Shown: in pieces, positions 1 through 11,706 of the stretch
Layout of the letters: every line of letters begins with the position of its first letter
Position numbering within the stretch: position 1 is the stretch's first letter
NCBI GenBank assembly: GCA_002633005.1
Contig: NMRA01000723.1
Location: 116,675-180,674 of the forward strand
Length of the DNA: 64,000 nt
Reading direction: 5' to 3'
Origin: Phoronis australis
Taxonomy: Eukaryota > Animalia > Phoronida
Made by a program: the position numbers and the translations under genes
The notes under the pieces: model-generated
Database searches by the model: none
The model's input: only the letters and a program-made list of their open reading frames with translations
Told to the model about the DNA's origin: nothing

Positions 1-84
1 GACTTTCCCAATGTGGCGTATATACATCACTCAAATTATGCAATATTTGCTATCCTACATATAAAACCAGGAACAGTTTCTTAC

Positions 85-165
85 CAAGTCACTAGATGGC
101 GATGACAGCTGCAGAGCAGCCATGACTGCAGACAGGTTGGTCTCTCGCTCATCATCATACTCATC
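85..165 (-). CDS. SRP72: SRP72 coding exon 4 (gene continues beyond window start)
   Basis: tgtag|GAT...TTG|gtaag, 81 nt, phase 0-0; DEYDDERETNLSAVMAALQLSSPSSDL matches SRP72 'DDYDEERKTNLSAVVAAQ'. Confidence 0.93.
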
Positions 166-1825
166 CTACAAACATGGCAAACTTAAAATAAGATAGAATG
201 CACGGTGCACGATTCTAGACTCAATCAAGCAATAAGTTAACGTGAATATGTAGTTTGCAACTTTCCTTCAATTTTCAACAGGGACATCACATTTAATCTT
301 CAGTCTAGCAACATGTAACTTTCATTTTTGATACAGCAATTCGATATTTTCCTCACCACAGTTAAGCCTGTATTAACTATACAGTTAAAGCAATTGTAAA
401 TCCCTAAACCTTAAATTGTTTACAACCAACAACCTTGTGCTGCATTAAACTGGCATTAACTTTAAAGGAATGCTAGTCTTTTTGTTAAATTATTTCACAA
501 AAATTTTATAGGAATGTCTAACTTTCTATAAAATCAATGCAGGTCTTTTGACAACTTACTGCAAAAGCATTTTTTTCATATGATACGATTTACTGCCAAC
601 TTTACAATACAATAACTTATAGGTACAACTACTGCTTAAAGTGTCAGTCCCATTAGTATTCAAAATTTAAGGGCATTAGCACAGGTTTCTGAATACATCT
701 GACGGCTTCATGTTCAAAGGACGTCAACGCGCAAAGATGACTCAACTCTGCTACTAATTTCAAACTTGAACAGTAAACATATATTAAGTTTATACAGGGA
801 ATAAACACAAACCCAACACAGACGTAATTATTTAGCTTGACTTTGGTCTAAATTCAGACCACGAAAAATTTAACTATTAATTTTTTCATTTCTGATGGGT
901 TTGTAACATGCTTGCATGAAAATTATTTGATAAGTCATGGTGTCAAGAAACAGAACTTAAGCCTAAACTTGGAAGACTTCATCTGCGGTACTGGTGTCAT
1001 TTTTCAAATGCACTGTGGGAGAGTTGTTGGCTAATAAACATCCAGTGATATCAACGATTTCACGACATGTAACAATACGATGAAAGACAAAACTTGTCAC
1101 TTGAGCACACCAGAATTGAAAGCACGCATCTTCAAGCTATTAAGTATGAGTACGAATAAGCAGCCAATACATAAAGAGTGAAAGCGAGCCTCAACACGCA
1201 TGAAATTGATACATAAATTACTTAATCTTTTGTGCAAAACATTCTTAAGACAAGTACCATCAGATCACGCCGAAGTTAATTCTCACTATCTAAAACGCAA
1301 ATTTTCAATCTGCTCAGACATCTCCAAAGATATCTACGATGTCAGCGGATGTTTACGAGGTAACAACCATTCTTTGCAGACCTTCCACGCAGGCCTTTTA
1401 TCTTAGACTAGACTGTGTCCAAGGTGGCCAAATGGACACCCTCATTCAAATTTAGACACAATAGTACAGACACCCTGCTCTACATCTGGACGCCCAACTA
1501 AAGTAAGCAAGAAAGTATGGTTGTCTCATTTCAGTTGCTAGCAGCAGCTCTGGGATCTCATTGGTCTGTCCAGAATAAAAAAGCCAATTTAGAAATGACA
1601 TAAAATAAGAAAAACCGTGTTGCAAGCATGTCACCATCGTAACATACCACACTATTACAGCAATTTGACTCAAGTTCATCAAAACGTATCATGCGTCATT
1701 GGTCATGGACGCCCTGATAAATTGGGAAACACATTTTGGATATCCTATTTTTGAAATCCCGCATCAACCCAAAATGACAGCAGCACCACAGACAAAATCC
1801 AACTCGTGTCAAGATAATGTCTTAC

Positions 1826-2012
1826 CTGGGTGTTCTTCATCAGGTTCTTGTACAGTGCGAAGCACTCTTCGAACCTCTCTAATCGGTACAAAACCTGCGC
1901 ATGCAACTCCTCGAGCCTGAGGTCAGGATCAGGCACAGTCTCTATAGTGACCAGGGCATCACTGGTACGATTCAGTCGGTACTGGCAGTATGCTTTCTCG
2001 AATGACAGACCC
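1826..2012 (-). CDS. SRP72: SRP72 coding exon 3 (TPR region)
   Basis: tgtag|G...CAG|gtaag, 187 nt; GLSFEKAYCQYRLNRTSDALVTIETVPDPDLRLEELHAQVLYRLERFEECFALYKNLMKNTQ contains the SRP72 motifs 'FEKAYCxYRLN' and 'QVLYRLER'. Confidence 0.95.
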
Positions 2013-2521
2013 CTACATCAACAATGGTAAAAAAGGTACAGTACACTGCACAACAAATTGCTAAATTTTCAAGCGGCTATAAACCCACGTTTCCTCCAAG
2101 ACGGATTTTTTTATTTATACCACTTATTGAGCAGTTTCAGCTTGTTCCGTGCTCACATGAGAAATGATTCCTGGTCTTGCAAAGAACTGATAATTTGTTA
2201 TTCAACGAGATCATGCTCGGCACATGAAATGACATGTTGTAGAGCCTGATCTCAAACAACAATGAATTGTCTGTTCTTGCGAAGCCCTGAAATCACCTCT
2301 AACCTGACTAATGAACATATTGAAACAAGTTTCAAAGCAGTAAGTAGTCTAAATCAAAAGTTGTTTCTTGCAATGAAAGGTGGTTTATGGATGTCTCAAG
2401 TTTCTTGAGTTCAAGAACTGAGCAAGAACGTACATTCCTCGATTGTTTTTGACTTTATCAATCATTGAGATTTGGGATTAAGAATTACAAATGAAAGGAA
2501 TAAATGATCCAGGTTTCTTAC

Positions 2522-2639
2522 CGAGACAACTGTGTATTGCGAAAGATTGCAGTGAGTGCATCCTCAAATTTGTCCAGGTGCAGCAAACACACGATTTTAC
2601 AATGGAAAGCAGTGACATCTTCTGGGGCTTCCTTGAGAA
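2522..2639 (-). CDS. SRP72: SRP72 coding exon 2
   Basis: tctag|TT...CG|gtaag, 118 nt; (I)LKEAPEDVTAFHCKIVCLLHLDKFEDALTAIFRNTQLS(R) matches 'DDVTALHCKVVCLI'; phases join exons 1 and 3. Confidence 0.94.
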
Positions 2640-2703
2640 CTAGACAAGTACAGAAGAAAAAATGTTAGACTGTAACACAACACAAGTGGTGGAAGCACGT
2701 TAA

Positions 2704-3525
2704 GGGCAATTCCATTTGTAACGGACGTACAATCAGAGCACATTTTGATCAGTTGTGAAAAAATATTCATCCTAGGAAAATAATTAATCCATCAATTCAT
2801 AGGTCTCATTGATAGCTTTCAAAGTCAGTGTGTATCAACTTTTCCCCTATCTTTTAATCTGACTGAGAAAATTGCCTCTAAAGGGGTTTGACGGACTCAG
2901 AGAATTTGATTTTTTAAAAAAATTTTAATGTTAATTTTCTGTGAGTTGCATTAAATTACAATATTTTGTTTATATGATGTTTTAGTGGAATGTTTGCAAA
3001 GTACAACACACTAATTTTTTTGATGATATCTTCTAAGAAATTTTTGTCAAACAGCTCGATATAAGTTGAGTTATTGTGACGGACGTACATGACGGACGTA
3101 CACTCTGAATTTCTAGTATTAAATTGTTCGTTGTGACTAAAATATCAATTCAATGTAATAAATCAAACTTTTGCGCTCTTTTGCTACTAATTTTGCTTTT
3201 AATTAAAATGTACTGATTGACCTTTTGCACGAAATCATCACAGGTAGGTCTATGCTAGGAATATACGCTAGGATTTTTACATTTCAATAATAAAGATATA
3301 AACCAAGACCCTAAAATTTTGACTTTCCTTTGCAGATACCAAGTAATATAGATGGGAATGAGAGTGATAATCATTTTGTATTTGACAGCTGTTAGTTATC
3401 AGGAAGACCTGTTTTTATGCGTTAAATAGAGCACTAATTCAAAACTAACAAGTAAATGTGACTGTCAAATATATAATGTAAAATAAAGTTTAAAACATAA
3501 CTAATCACTGTCATAGAACTCGCCC
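2704..3525. mobile_element. possible non-autonomous DNA transposon remnant in SRP72 intron 1
   Basis: Starts (T)TAA|GGGCAATTCCAT and has a weakly matching inverted end ATAGAACTCGCCC|TAA; internal repeated motif ACGGACGTACA (~2721, ~3079, ~3092). Ends and superfamily uncertain. Confidence 0.3.
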
Positions 3526-4789
3526 TAAGCCGGTACAAAATTATTCTCTGGACCATGCCGATGATGGTTCTGATGCATGCCCATGTAAGTAATAATGGTG
3601 ATGTTTTAAAAGTATTAGTAACAGGGCTTCACCATCTTCTTAAAACAAAGCGTGAAGCATGGTTTAGTAGATAGCATCGACTTTTGACATTCATGTTTTG
3701 ATTCAAATCACCCGTAATGTCTTCCAGTGTGAAAACAAGATATTTTAATTTAATTGATATAGGATTATTACTTACATGGTGTAGAATATGTCAAACGTGC
3801 CCGAAAATGGGAAGATGTTGTCAACTACCAAATAGAAAGCTATTAGCTAAATTTCACAATAATCAAACATGGAATTCCAAAGATAACAGAGAACTTGAAA
3901 AAAACAAATCATTGTTCTCCAGAATACCAATTCCAAACTCGACGCAAATTTCTAGAGTTCAATATCAGTAGTCAACACTGTCTTTTCTCTAGTCTAAAGC
4001 CTTAACATCTCCACTGGAAGTATTTATATGTTTCAAAAACGTACACTGAAGGTCAGGTGTAGCCTACTTTTTGACACTTCGTAGGGCCTTACACGTGAAA
4101 ACCGCGAATCGTACTCGAAGTACCCATTCAGCTGACGACTGTCTCACGTATAAAAAATTGTTGTTGCCAGGAAGCACGCGTTACATACCTGTCACTTGTC
4201 ATCGCAAACATTAGTGTTCGGGAACTAACCATGAAACTACGGGTAGCATATCAGCAAGAAATAAACATTGGCACTAATTTCAGAAAGTTTCTAATGCTGT
4301 AAAAACTGTTGCGTTATTTTTAAGAGGGATTGCTTTATTTGTTTAATGTATTCACAATTGAAGTTTTTAAAGTGTAATACCTGATAAAATACCCCACTGA
4401 TAGTGGACACCTCCGCCCCCCGGAAAATAACTCAGACTGTCACACATACAGTCACCCGGCGACTCAATGTCATTCAGCCTTAGGCCCTACCAAGACAATT
4501 CTTGCACGTTTTAATAGTAGATGTGATCAGCAAGTGCTCAATAAAATGCGTTCTCGTGATACTGCTTGTGTTATTTCTTTAGTTACAATGCACACCTAAC
4601 TCGTTAGGCCTACATTGCATTTAATCCGGCAAATGAACGCTGATGACACACACACGCTCGCTCGCTCGTGTATTTTAAACGGGCAGTAGGGCCAAATCCG
4701 GTCACCGATTAAGAGTTTTCACCTCGTCAAAAATACACTCCACACTTGAAACTATCACTTTAAAAAGCGCTTATGCAGAAATTTTCAGT

Positions 4790-4859
4790 GTGTCCGGTAA
4801 GACTTGAACCCAGGTTGGACGAGCGATGGTCAAGCATGTTAACCATTCGGCCAAGAGGC
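4790..4859 (-). mobile_element. tRNA-derived (Pol III A/B box) module inside a larger local repeat; further copies at ~5127-5360 and ~5861-6097
   Basis: Minus strand has A-box TGGCCGAATGG (4853-4843) and B-box GGTTCAAGTC (4810-4801); no convincing acceptor or anticodon stems, so not a functional tRNA. Confidence 0.6.
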
Positions 4860-4890
4860 AATTGCCGCTTGACAAGAAACTTGGAGAGGC

Positions 4891-6360
4891 TTTATCTGAC
4901 TGGGCATATCGTCACAACTGGAAGTCACGTTCCACAACACTACTCCCCGTTCCGCGGAAAATGCGCGCTCCCTGGCTTTTAGATCTCAGCAACACCCTAG
5001 CATCCTGGAATTTGTCCTCAGCAATGCTTTTTGTATTCTGAATCCACCACTACCAGGTCGCACTCTCTCCATCTGCCGCTTTACATCTCAGGGTTAATCG
5101 TTGGGCAACAATGTAGAAAATTTCAGTGTCTCCGGTGAGACTTGAACCCAGATTGCACGAGCGACAGTCAAGCATTTAAACCAGGGGCGGATCCAGAATT
5201 TTGAGTTAGGGGGGCAACGGTAGAGTATTAGCCAGGATTTTGCCCGTCAGACATTCGCACTTCCATCTGCCACATGGAATCTGGGAGAGTTTTAGGGGGG
5301 GGCCATGGCCCCATTGGCCCCCCTCAAAATCCACCACTGTAACCCATTCGACCAAGAGGCAATTGCCGCTTGGCAAGCGACTTACAGAGGCTTTATCTGA
5401 CTGTACGTGTCGTCACAACCGGAAGTCACGCTTCACAATACTTACTTTCTTCAGTGGCTCTTTCTACTTCAACACACATCTTCGATGAAGCTTAGTTACG
5501 AGAATCAAGGTGACTTTAGCAAAGAATTCCAAGTCCACTTCTTTGGACACTGTTAACTTTTTCACCACGCGCGATAACCACAAAGTATAACTCCATGTGC
5601 ATATATGTATGTTTCGTAACTTTNTTTATCTGACTGTGCATATCGTCACAACTGGAAGTCACGTTCCACAACACTACTCCCCGTTCCGCGGAAAATGCGC
5701 GCTCCCTGGCTTTTAGATCCCAGCAACACCCTAGCATCCTGGAATTTGACCTCAGCAATGCTTTTTGTATTCTGAATCCACCACTACCAGGTCGCACTCT
5801 CTCCATCTGCCGCTTTACATCTCAGGGTTAATCGTCGGGCAACAATGTAGAAAATTTCAGTGTCTCCGGTGAGACTTGAACCCAGATTGCACGAGCGACA
5901 GTCAAGCATTTAAACCAGGGGCGGATCCAGAATTTTGAGTTAGGGTGGGGGGCAACGGTAGAGTATTAGCCAGGATTTTGCCCGTCAGACATTCGCACTT
6001 CCATCTGCCACATGGAATCTGGGAGAGTTTTAGGGGGGGCCATGGCCCCATTGGCCCCCCTCAAAATCCACCACTGTAACCCATTCGACCAAGAGGCAAT
6101 TGCCGCTTGGCAAGCGACTTACAGAGGCTTTATCTGACAGTACGTGTCGTCACAACCGGAAGTCACGCTTCACGATACTTACTTTCTTCAGTGGCTCTTT
6201 CTACTTCAACACACATCTTCGATGAAGCTTAGTTACGAGAATCAAGGTGACTTTAGCAAAGAATTCCAAGTCCACTTCTTTGGACACTGTTAACTTTTTC
6301 ACCACGCGCGATAACCACAAAGTACAACTCCATGTGCATATATGTATGTTTCGTAACTTT
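4891..6360. repeat. near-identical ~735-bp tandem duplication (4891-5623 / 5625-6360) joined by a single N; probable uncollapsed haplotypes
   Basis: Copies differ only by scattered SNPs and poly-G length; junction is n at 5624. Confidence 0.85.
5182..5339. mobile_element. hAT-like MITE (158 bp) inserted into the tRNA-like module; duplicate at 5916-6076
   Basis: Termini CAGGGGCGGAT...ATCCACCACTG (9/11 inverted match); flanks TAAAC/TAACC; the uninterrupted version is visible at 4831-4850. Confidence 0.75.
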
Positions 6361-6793
6361 TTGTGGGGATGTACTATCGCCCCTGTATGCCTGTGGCATC
6401 CACGGCAATGTAATTGCCTATACCAGGACCCACTACCTGAATATACACCAGTCCTTGCTGCGAAACTTTAAATCTACTCACTTCTTTTGTAGGTATGGGA
6501 ATGGAAAACCAGTGACTTCTTCCCGTGTTGTTAATAAACAACGTATTTAACAAAACTTTGGACATGTTCATTTTGACAACCATATTGTTCCCAGCGATTA
6601 CAATACATTTCATCTGAAACTGGAGTTTACCATTATCTAGGGAAGTTCGGAAGATAAGAAAATGAACATAACGAAATTATATTTTGCCAAAAATTTATGG
6701 CGAAACGCGTAAGTAACCGTAAGTTCAATATGCTTTAACATGGGGACTATTGCAACGAAACGACGAACTTTAAACTAACGCAAATGCACTTAC

Positions 6794-6899
6794 TTTTATT
6801 GCTCGTGACCAACGCTTTTTCATAATCTTGATTTTGACCAAATTTGTTCAATTCCGTAAAAAGTGTGGCCAAATTTAACTCCTCCCCGGCTTTCGCCAT
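6794..6899 (-). CDS. SRP72: SRP72 coding exon 1 (signal recognition particle subunit 72)
   Basis: ATG at 6899; MAKAGEELNLATLFTELNKFGQNQDYEKALVTSNK + A|gtaagt matches 'LWSEVNRYGQNGDFTRALKTVNKI'; phase 1 joins exon 2 (A+TT=Ile). Confidence 0.93.
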
Positions 6900-6976
6900 C
6901 GTGGAAAACGGAAGTTCAGTTAATGAATCTCTGAAAGCAGAAGAGCGCTCAACGTGACCTTCGCCACCTATGTATC
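6900..6976. promoter_or_regulatory. very compact bidirectional SRP72/PNPT1 promoter region
   Basis: 77 nt between divergent ATGs; ETS-type CGGAAGT at 6909-6915; both starts lie in YY1-like ATGGCG context. Confidence 0.8.
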
Positions 6977-7081
6977 ATGGCGGCCTCCATTCTCACGCAT
7001 GGAAAACAGTTGTTATGGTTTAAACAGCATCTTAGGCGATGTCTGAGCAATTATCGATGGTCTGTTGGAAATCCTGGATCG
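6977..7081 (+). CDS. PNPT1: PNPT1 coding exon 1 (mitochondrial targeting peptide)
   Basis: atcATGG context; MAASILTHGKQLLWFKQHLRRCLSNYRWSVGNPGS has no acidic residues and is R/K/L/S-rich; TCG|gtaatt donor in phase 0 fits exon 2. Confidence 0.82.
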
Positions 7082-8539
7082 GTAATTCTGATGTTTTTGC
7101 AACATACATGCAATTTTACCTGATAACCTAAAGACCCTCAGTCCAAAGTTCGTCAGACATTTTTGGTGTACAATGTCACTGACTACTCTATTGACTGTTC
7201 TGTCAGTCAATGGTCATGTAGAAACATCCACCACCAGGGGCCGGGCAGAACAGGACTGTGCCAGTGCAGTGGGACAGCACTGCCAGCCGTAGTAGGCAGT
7301 AGCCTACTGGGTACTGTACCGTCAGTCGGCGTCAGTGGCAATGTGTCACTTACAGATGACTAATCAAACTAGCCAGCTAGCTACCTGTGTATGACTGAAT
7401 GTCAAAACACAGCTAGGAAACAATTATTAGTCAATTAGGGAATTAAGGAAAAACTAGCTCTTTCAATTGACCTATCGCCAGGATTATGACTGATGGCTTA
7501 ACTGACCAATCAGAATGCAACATTCCTGATGCACCTTCGTCTGTTTTCCAATTAAGCCGCCATTTTACCCGACAAACAAGGCATTGTCGGTAAAGCTTAT
7601 TTTCGTTTATAGCTCAAGAAACTGCGCGATAAGAATGTGAAATGGTGAAACGGTGTTGTTATGGCGAGTGTAATTTTGACTGCCGTTATACAGCTCGAGA
7701 AGAATATCCCATCACTTTTTGGGCATTGCCTAAGCCGAAAAAAGATGTCAACTGTGTAAATGATGAATCAAACTGTGTGGATGGCCACACGAGCAGCTAA
7801 ACTTAACATAGCAATGCTGCTGGATTACTTGAAGGTTAAACACAAATATATTTGTTCCAAGATACGTACATTTCAGTTTGGTGGCTACCTGATTTTGATT
7901 CCAGAGTTGCACTCATCTGGGCGCCATACTAGTCCTGTACAAACCATGGTCAGAAAATTTGATATTGACAAAAATTTGATGGTTTAAATTTTGCTATCAT
8001 GATTGTTTTTGCCAATGAAATAACAAAACAAGTTGCATACTTAACTAAAATATATCTAAAATTAGTTGAAACTGACTACGTGTATTTTATATGTAAAGCA
8101 AAATTGAAAAAGATGCAATGCAGAAATAAAACTTGTATTTGTTCCATACTACAAGATATATTTATTAAGTATACAAAGACAGTTGTTTTCCTTTGAGGAT
8201 GGCGAAGTCTATCACAACTCAGTCTAAGTGAAATCAATCCTTTGTCCTTGTGAAGGGAATACAACAGTGCTAGTGATGATGAATGAAATTCATGTAATTA
8301 TTCTAGAAGTAGATATAAAATCACTGAAATAGTAGAATAGTATTTGATAATTTACAAAGTGGAATTTTATGTTTGCTAAAACAGATTTTCTATTTTTGAA
8401 AACAGAAAATCAGGGTCTCTATACTATATTGTGTCCAAAACTAAAAAATTCCGTGGAAAAAGGCTTCAATTTGAGTGGGAACCTTGATGACTTTTGGTAC
8501 ACAGGCATTGATACACGTACTTGTTGTCTGTGTTTTCAG

Positions 8540-8701
8540 GAGGTGGTTGTGAATGTTGCGGGTAAGCCATTGAGATTTGAGTCGGGACGCTTGGCAAGGT
8601 TTGCAGATGGCAGTGCTGTTGTTACACTGGGAGAAACATCTGTCTTGACTACTGCGGTCAGTAGAGCCAGAGGACTGACTACTTCTTTCTTACCTCTGAC
8701 G
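8540..8701 (+). CDS. PNPT1: PNPT1 coding exon 2
   Basis: ttttcag|GAG...ACG|gtatgt, 162 nt; 'SGRLARFADGSAVV...TAVS...FLPLT' is the start of the first RNase PH domain. Confidence 0.95.
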
Positions 8702-10162
8702 GTATGTGTTGAATTGAGGGTACTTACATTCTCAGCTGCGTATGTGCTATATGTTGGTCTGCCTTTGTATGTAATGTTCACAGAATACTCTGAATGTTGA
8801 GTACCAAGAAATGACTTTACTGGGAACGGATGGTGTTTTTATGGCCCCACATATATTTATGTGGGGCCATATTGCTGTCATCACTGTTTGAATGTCCGCG
8901 GCTGGTTGCACAAAGCAGTCCTAAATAGTGGGTCAACTATACATTCCTTAACTTTTCACCTCATTTGTGTACTTGTGCAAACACTGATTGAACTTTCTAA
9001 TACCATTTTCCTTTCATTACTATGTCCATTTTAGCTTTGATACACACCAAGAATAAACTCTATGTTGAATTGATTTCTCAATATTAATGAAAGTAAACAC
9101 AAACTTAGTCTTTAACTTAAAGATATTCCATGAAAAGATCTCTATATTTTCATGCAATACTCAAATTTCACATTGTTGTCACTGTAGAAAACTTGGCAAC
9201 AGTTTCCTTAAATAACCTCTGTCTTTGCCCAGCTGAGTTGAAAAAACACTGTTACCTGCATAGCTAATTGTGTTTTCTGAGTTGAAGTTAACTGGCATTT
9301 TTCGTAGTGGCTATTCCATTAGAATCGGTATGGAAAGGCACTTGAAATAACAAATTGTGGTGGTTGTGTTCATAAAAAATCAATAATCACTAGTTGTTGT
9401 TCTAACTTGTAAAGTATATTAATTATTGTTTGTAGTGGTGTTGTTATCCATAAATGTGATGCAGTGGGTATTATCACCTGTTCAGTGCAACAAAGTACGT
9501 ACACACCAAACCAAATTTTCAAGTGTTATTTACAATGAATTTGTTTTGCGCTACAAAACATTTCCCTACTGATAACTCTAAATGAGCCATACTGGTTGCG
9601 ATTTGAATAGCACAAGCAATAAACGAGTTTGATCACTACCGCTGGCTGATAGTGATTTCCCTAATTGAAAACTTTTCGGTAATAGTCGGTTATAGAGAGA
9701 ACCAGTTTGGTGCCCGTTATTTAGTGGTGAGATTTGGTTCTCAAAATGTGGGCACATTATATCCGACCATGACCCACTTTTCTGCATTGTCACACAATAC
9801 ATTGGTTTTGCTTGCACCTATAGTGTCCTAAGCTGAGTTCTTGTCTTGATGATCTAATAACTTTTGTAGTTTATGAATGGGAATTGAGATATGTTCTTGT
9901 AAAGACGAGGATAATTGATGTCCGTATTTTGGAATGTTCTGTATCATTAGTCATGGCAACACTTTCCTTTACACAATCATCTTACATTGTACAACTTAAA
10001 TACATTATTGAAATAACTATGAAATGTTTGACTGTTTTTATACATCTAAAAGCCTAATGTTTTAGTTAAATCTGTGCTGCCTGCTGTTCTCAATCTCCCA
10101 ACAAGTGAGAGTTCCCTGTCCAGGTCACTATACTGAATACCACCCTCACTTACTCCTTCCAG

Positions 10163-10607
10163 GTAGACTACCGACAGAAGTCGGCAGCTGCAGGTCGGAT
10201 TCCCACCAACTACCTGCGCCGTGAACTCGGCCCGTCTGACAGAGAGATTCTTGCTTCACGTCTCATTGACAGATCGGTCCGCCCCCTGTTTCCACTTGGA
10301 TATCTTTGTGACACCCAAATTGTTTCTAATCTCTTGGCTATAGACGGCATTAACGATCCCGATGTTATCAGTATCAATGCGGCATCTGCTGCTCTTGCTG
10401 TGTCCGACATACCTTGGAACGGGCCCATAGGAGCTGTGCGTATTGGCTGTATAGACAACGAAATGGTGATGAATCCAACTCGTAAGCAACTGATGCACAG
10501 CACACTGAATCTTGTTGTGACATCAACTGCTCAGAACCTGGTAGTTATGTTGGAAGCGTCGGCAGAAAACATGCTGCAGCAGGATTTTATGAAGGCCATA
10601 AAACTGG
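10163..10607 (+). CDS. PNPT1: PNPT1 coding exon 3
   Basis: ccttccag|GTA...G|gtaatg, 445 nt; '[21 protein letters not shown]...[13 protein letters not shown]...[25 protein letters not shown]'. Confidence 0.96.
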
Positions 10608-10920
10608 GTAATGTTTCTGTTTTATTGAACCTACAGCATTGTTAAGTTTCCAGTGTTTTATTCTATGGAAGATGACTAGATATTGCAGGATGATGCCTGG
10701 TGTTACATATGGACTGGTTATCTTTTGGCCATTTCGCTTATCCTTGATTCACCTCCAAATGAACCATGTGTACAGTAACCATAGCAACAAATTCTGTCTA
10801 TACTTATTGCCATCTTCACTTGCACTTGTATTGGCCCGTAAAAACGTTGCACTCAAAACAGTTGATGTAGAGAACTTAAAACTAGTAATGTGTTGATGGT
10901 TTTGTGGTTGTAGCTTACTG

Positions 10921-11387
10921 CAAGGCTTGGAATTTTCCGCGGAAACGCGGATTTCCACTTTTTTCAAATGTTCTGTCCGCGCATTTTATTATATTTCCGC
11001 GTAAATCGGATTTGATATAAAATTTCCGCGGCAAATTCCTTTCTTACCGCGGTGTGCCGATGACGTTCACCTCGAAAAGCGGAAGTTACTCTTTATGTTT
11101 CGGAGGAATGTAAATTGTCAACATTGCCGGGACAACTGGTATAGCGTGGTGAGATTTTCAATGGCGTTTCGTGTGATTGTAAACAGCGGTGACAAATACT
11201 ACGGCTCTGCAGAGTGGACGGACGAGCTAAAAAGACGCAGACGCATGCTACTGATGGTGGTAACGTTTTTTAAGTCCCGATTTTTGTCGGCGAAAGGTTT
11301 ACATCGACTATTTCAAGGCTGGGTAGCGCGCATGTTTTGGGCCGTAAAAGTTTCTGCGTTTTTTGTCATTGGTCATTCCAAGCCCTG
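10921..11387. mobile_element. hAT-like MITE (467 bp) with 6-bp TSD in PNPT1 intron 3
   Basis: TIR CAAGGCTTGGAAT / ATTCCAAGCCCTG (12/13); TTACTG directly on both sides (10915-10920, 11388-11393); subterminal CCGCG repeats. Confidence 0.8.
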
Positions 11388-11706
11388 TTACTGTTAATGT
11401 TGTCTGTTTTATAAATAATTTCTATGCATAAAGAAAATATTGATAGTAAAAATAATAGACGTGTGCCTGTAAACGCATGTTTTGGTGAGCATTTGCCACT
11501 GTCTCTGACTGTTTTTATTTTTGACGGCATAACTTCAGACCTGTTTATAATGGTAGTTTTTCATTAATTGGGTTGTTCAGAAAAATGAGACTGGTGTGCT
11601 GTAACAAATTGTTTCCAGTTTCCAGGTAGAAATGTAACATAGTTACTATCACTTGGTAAACTGTTAACTGTACAAGTGTCTCACTCGGTTTATTGTTGCA
11701 TTCTAG

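Noticed and set aside
4790-4859. Functional tRNA gene
   Set aside because: A and B boxes are present but there is no paired acceptor or anticodon stem, and it is part of a repeat.
4891-6360. Recent segmental tandem duplication in SRP72 intron 1
   Set aside because: The copies meet at a single N and differ by SNP-level changes; the same pattern recurs at 38476 and at the 61.3 kb gap, which points to uncollapsed haplotypes.
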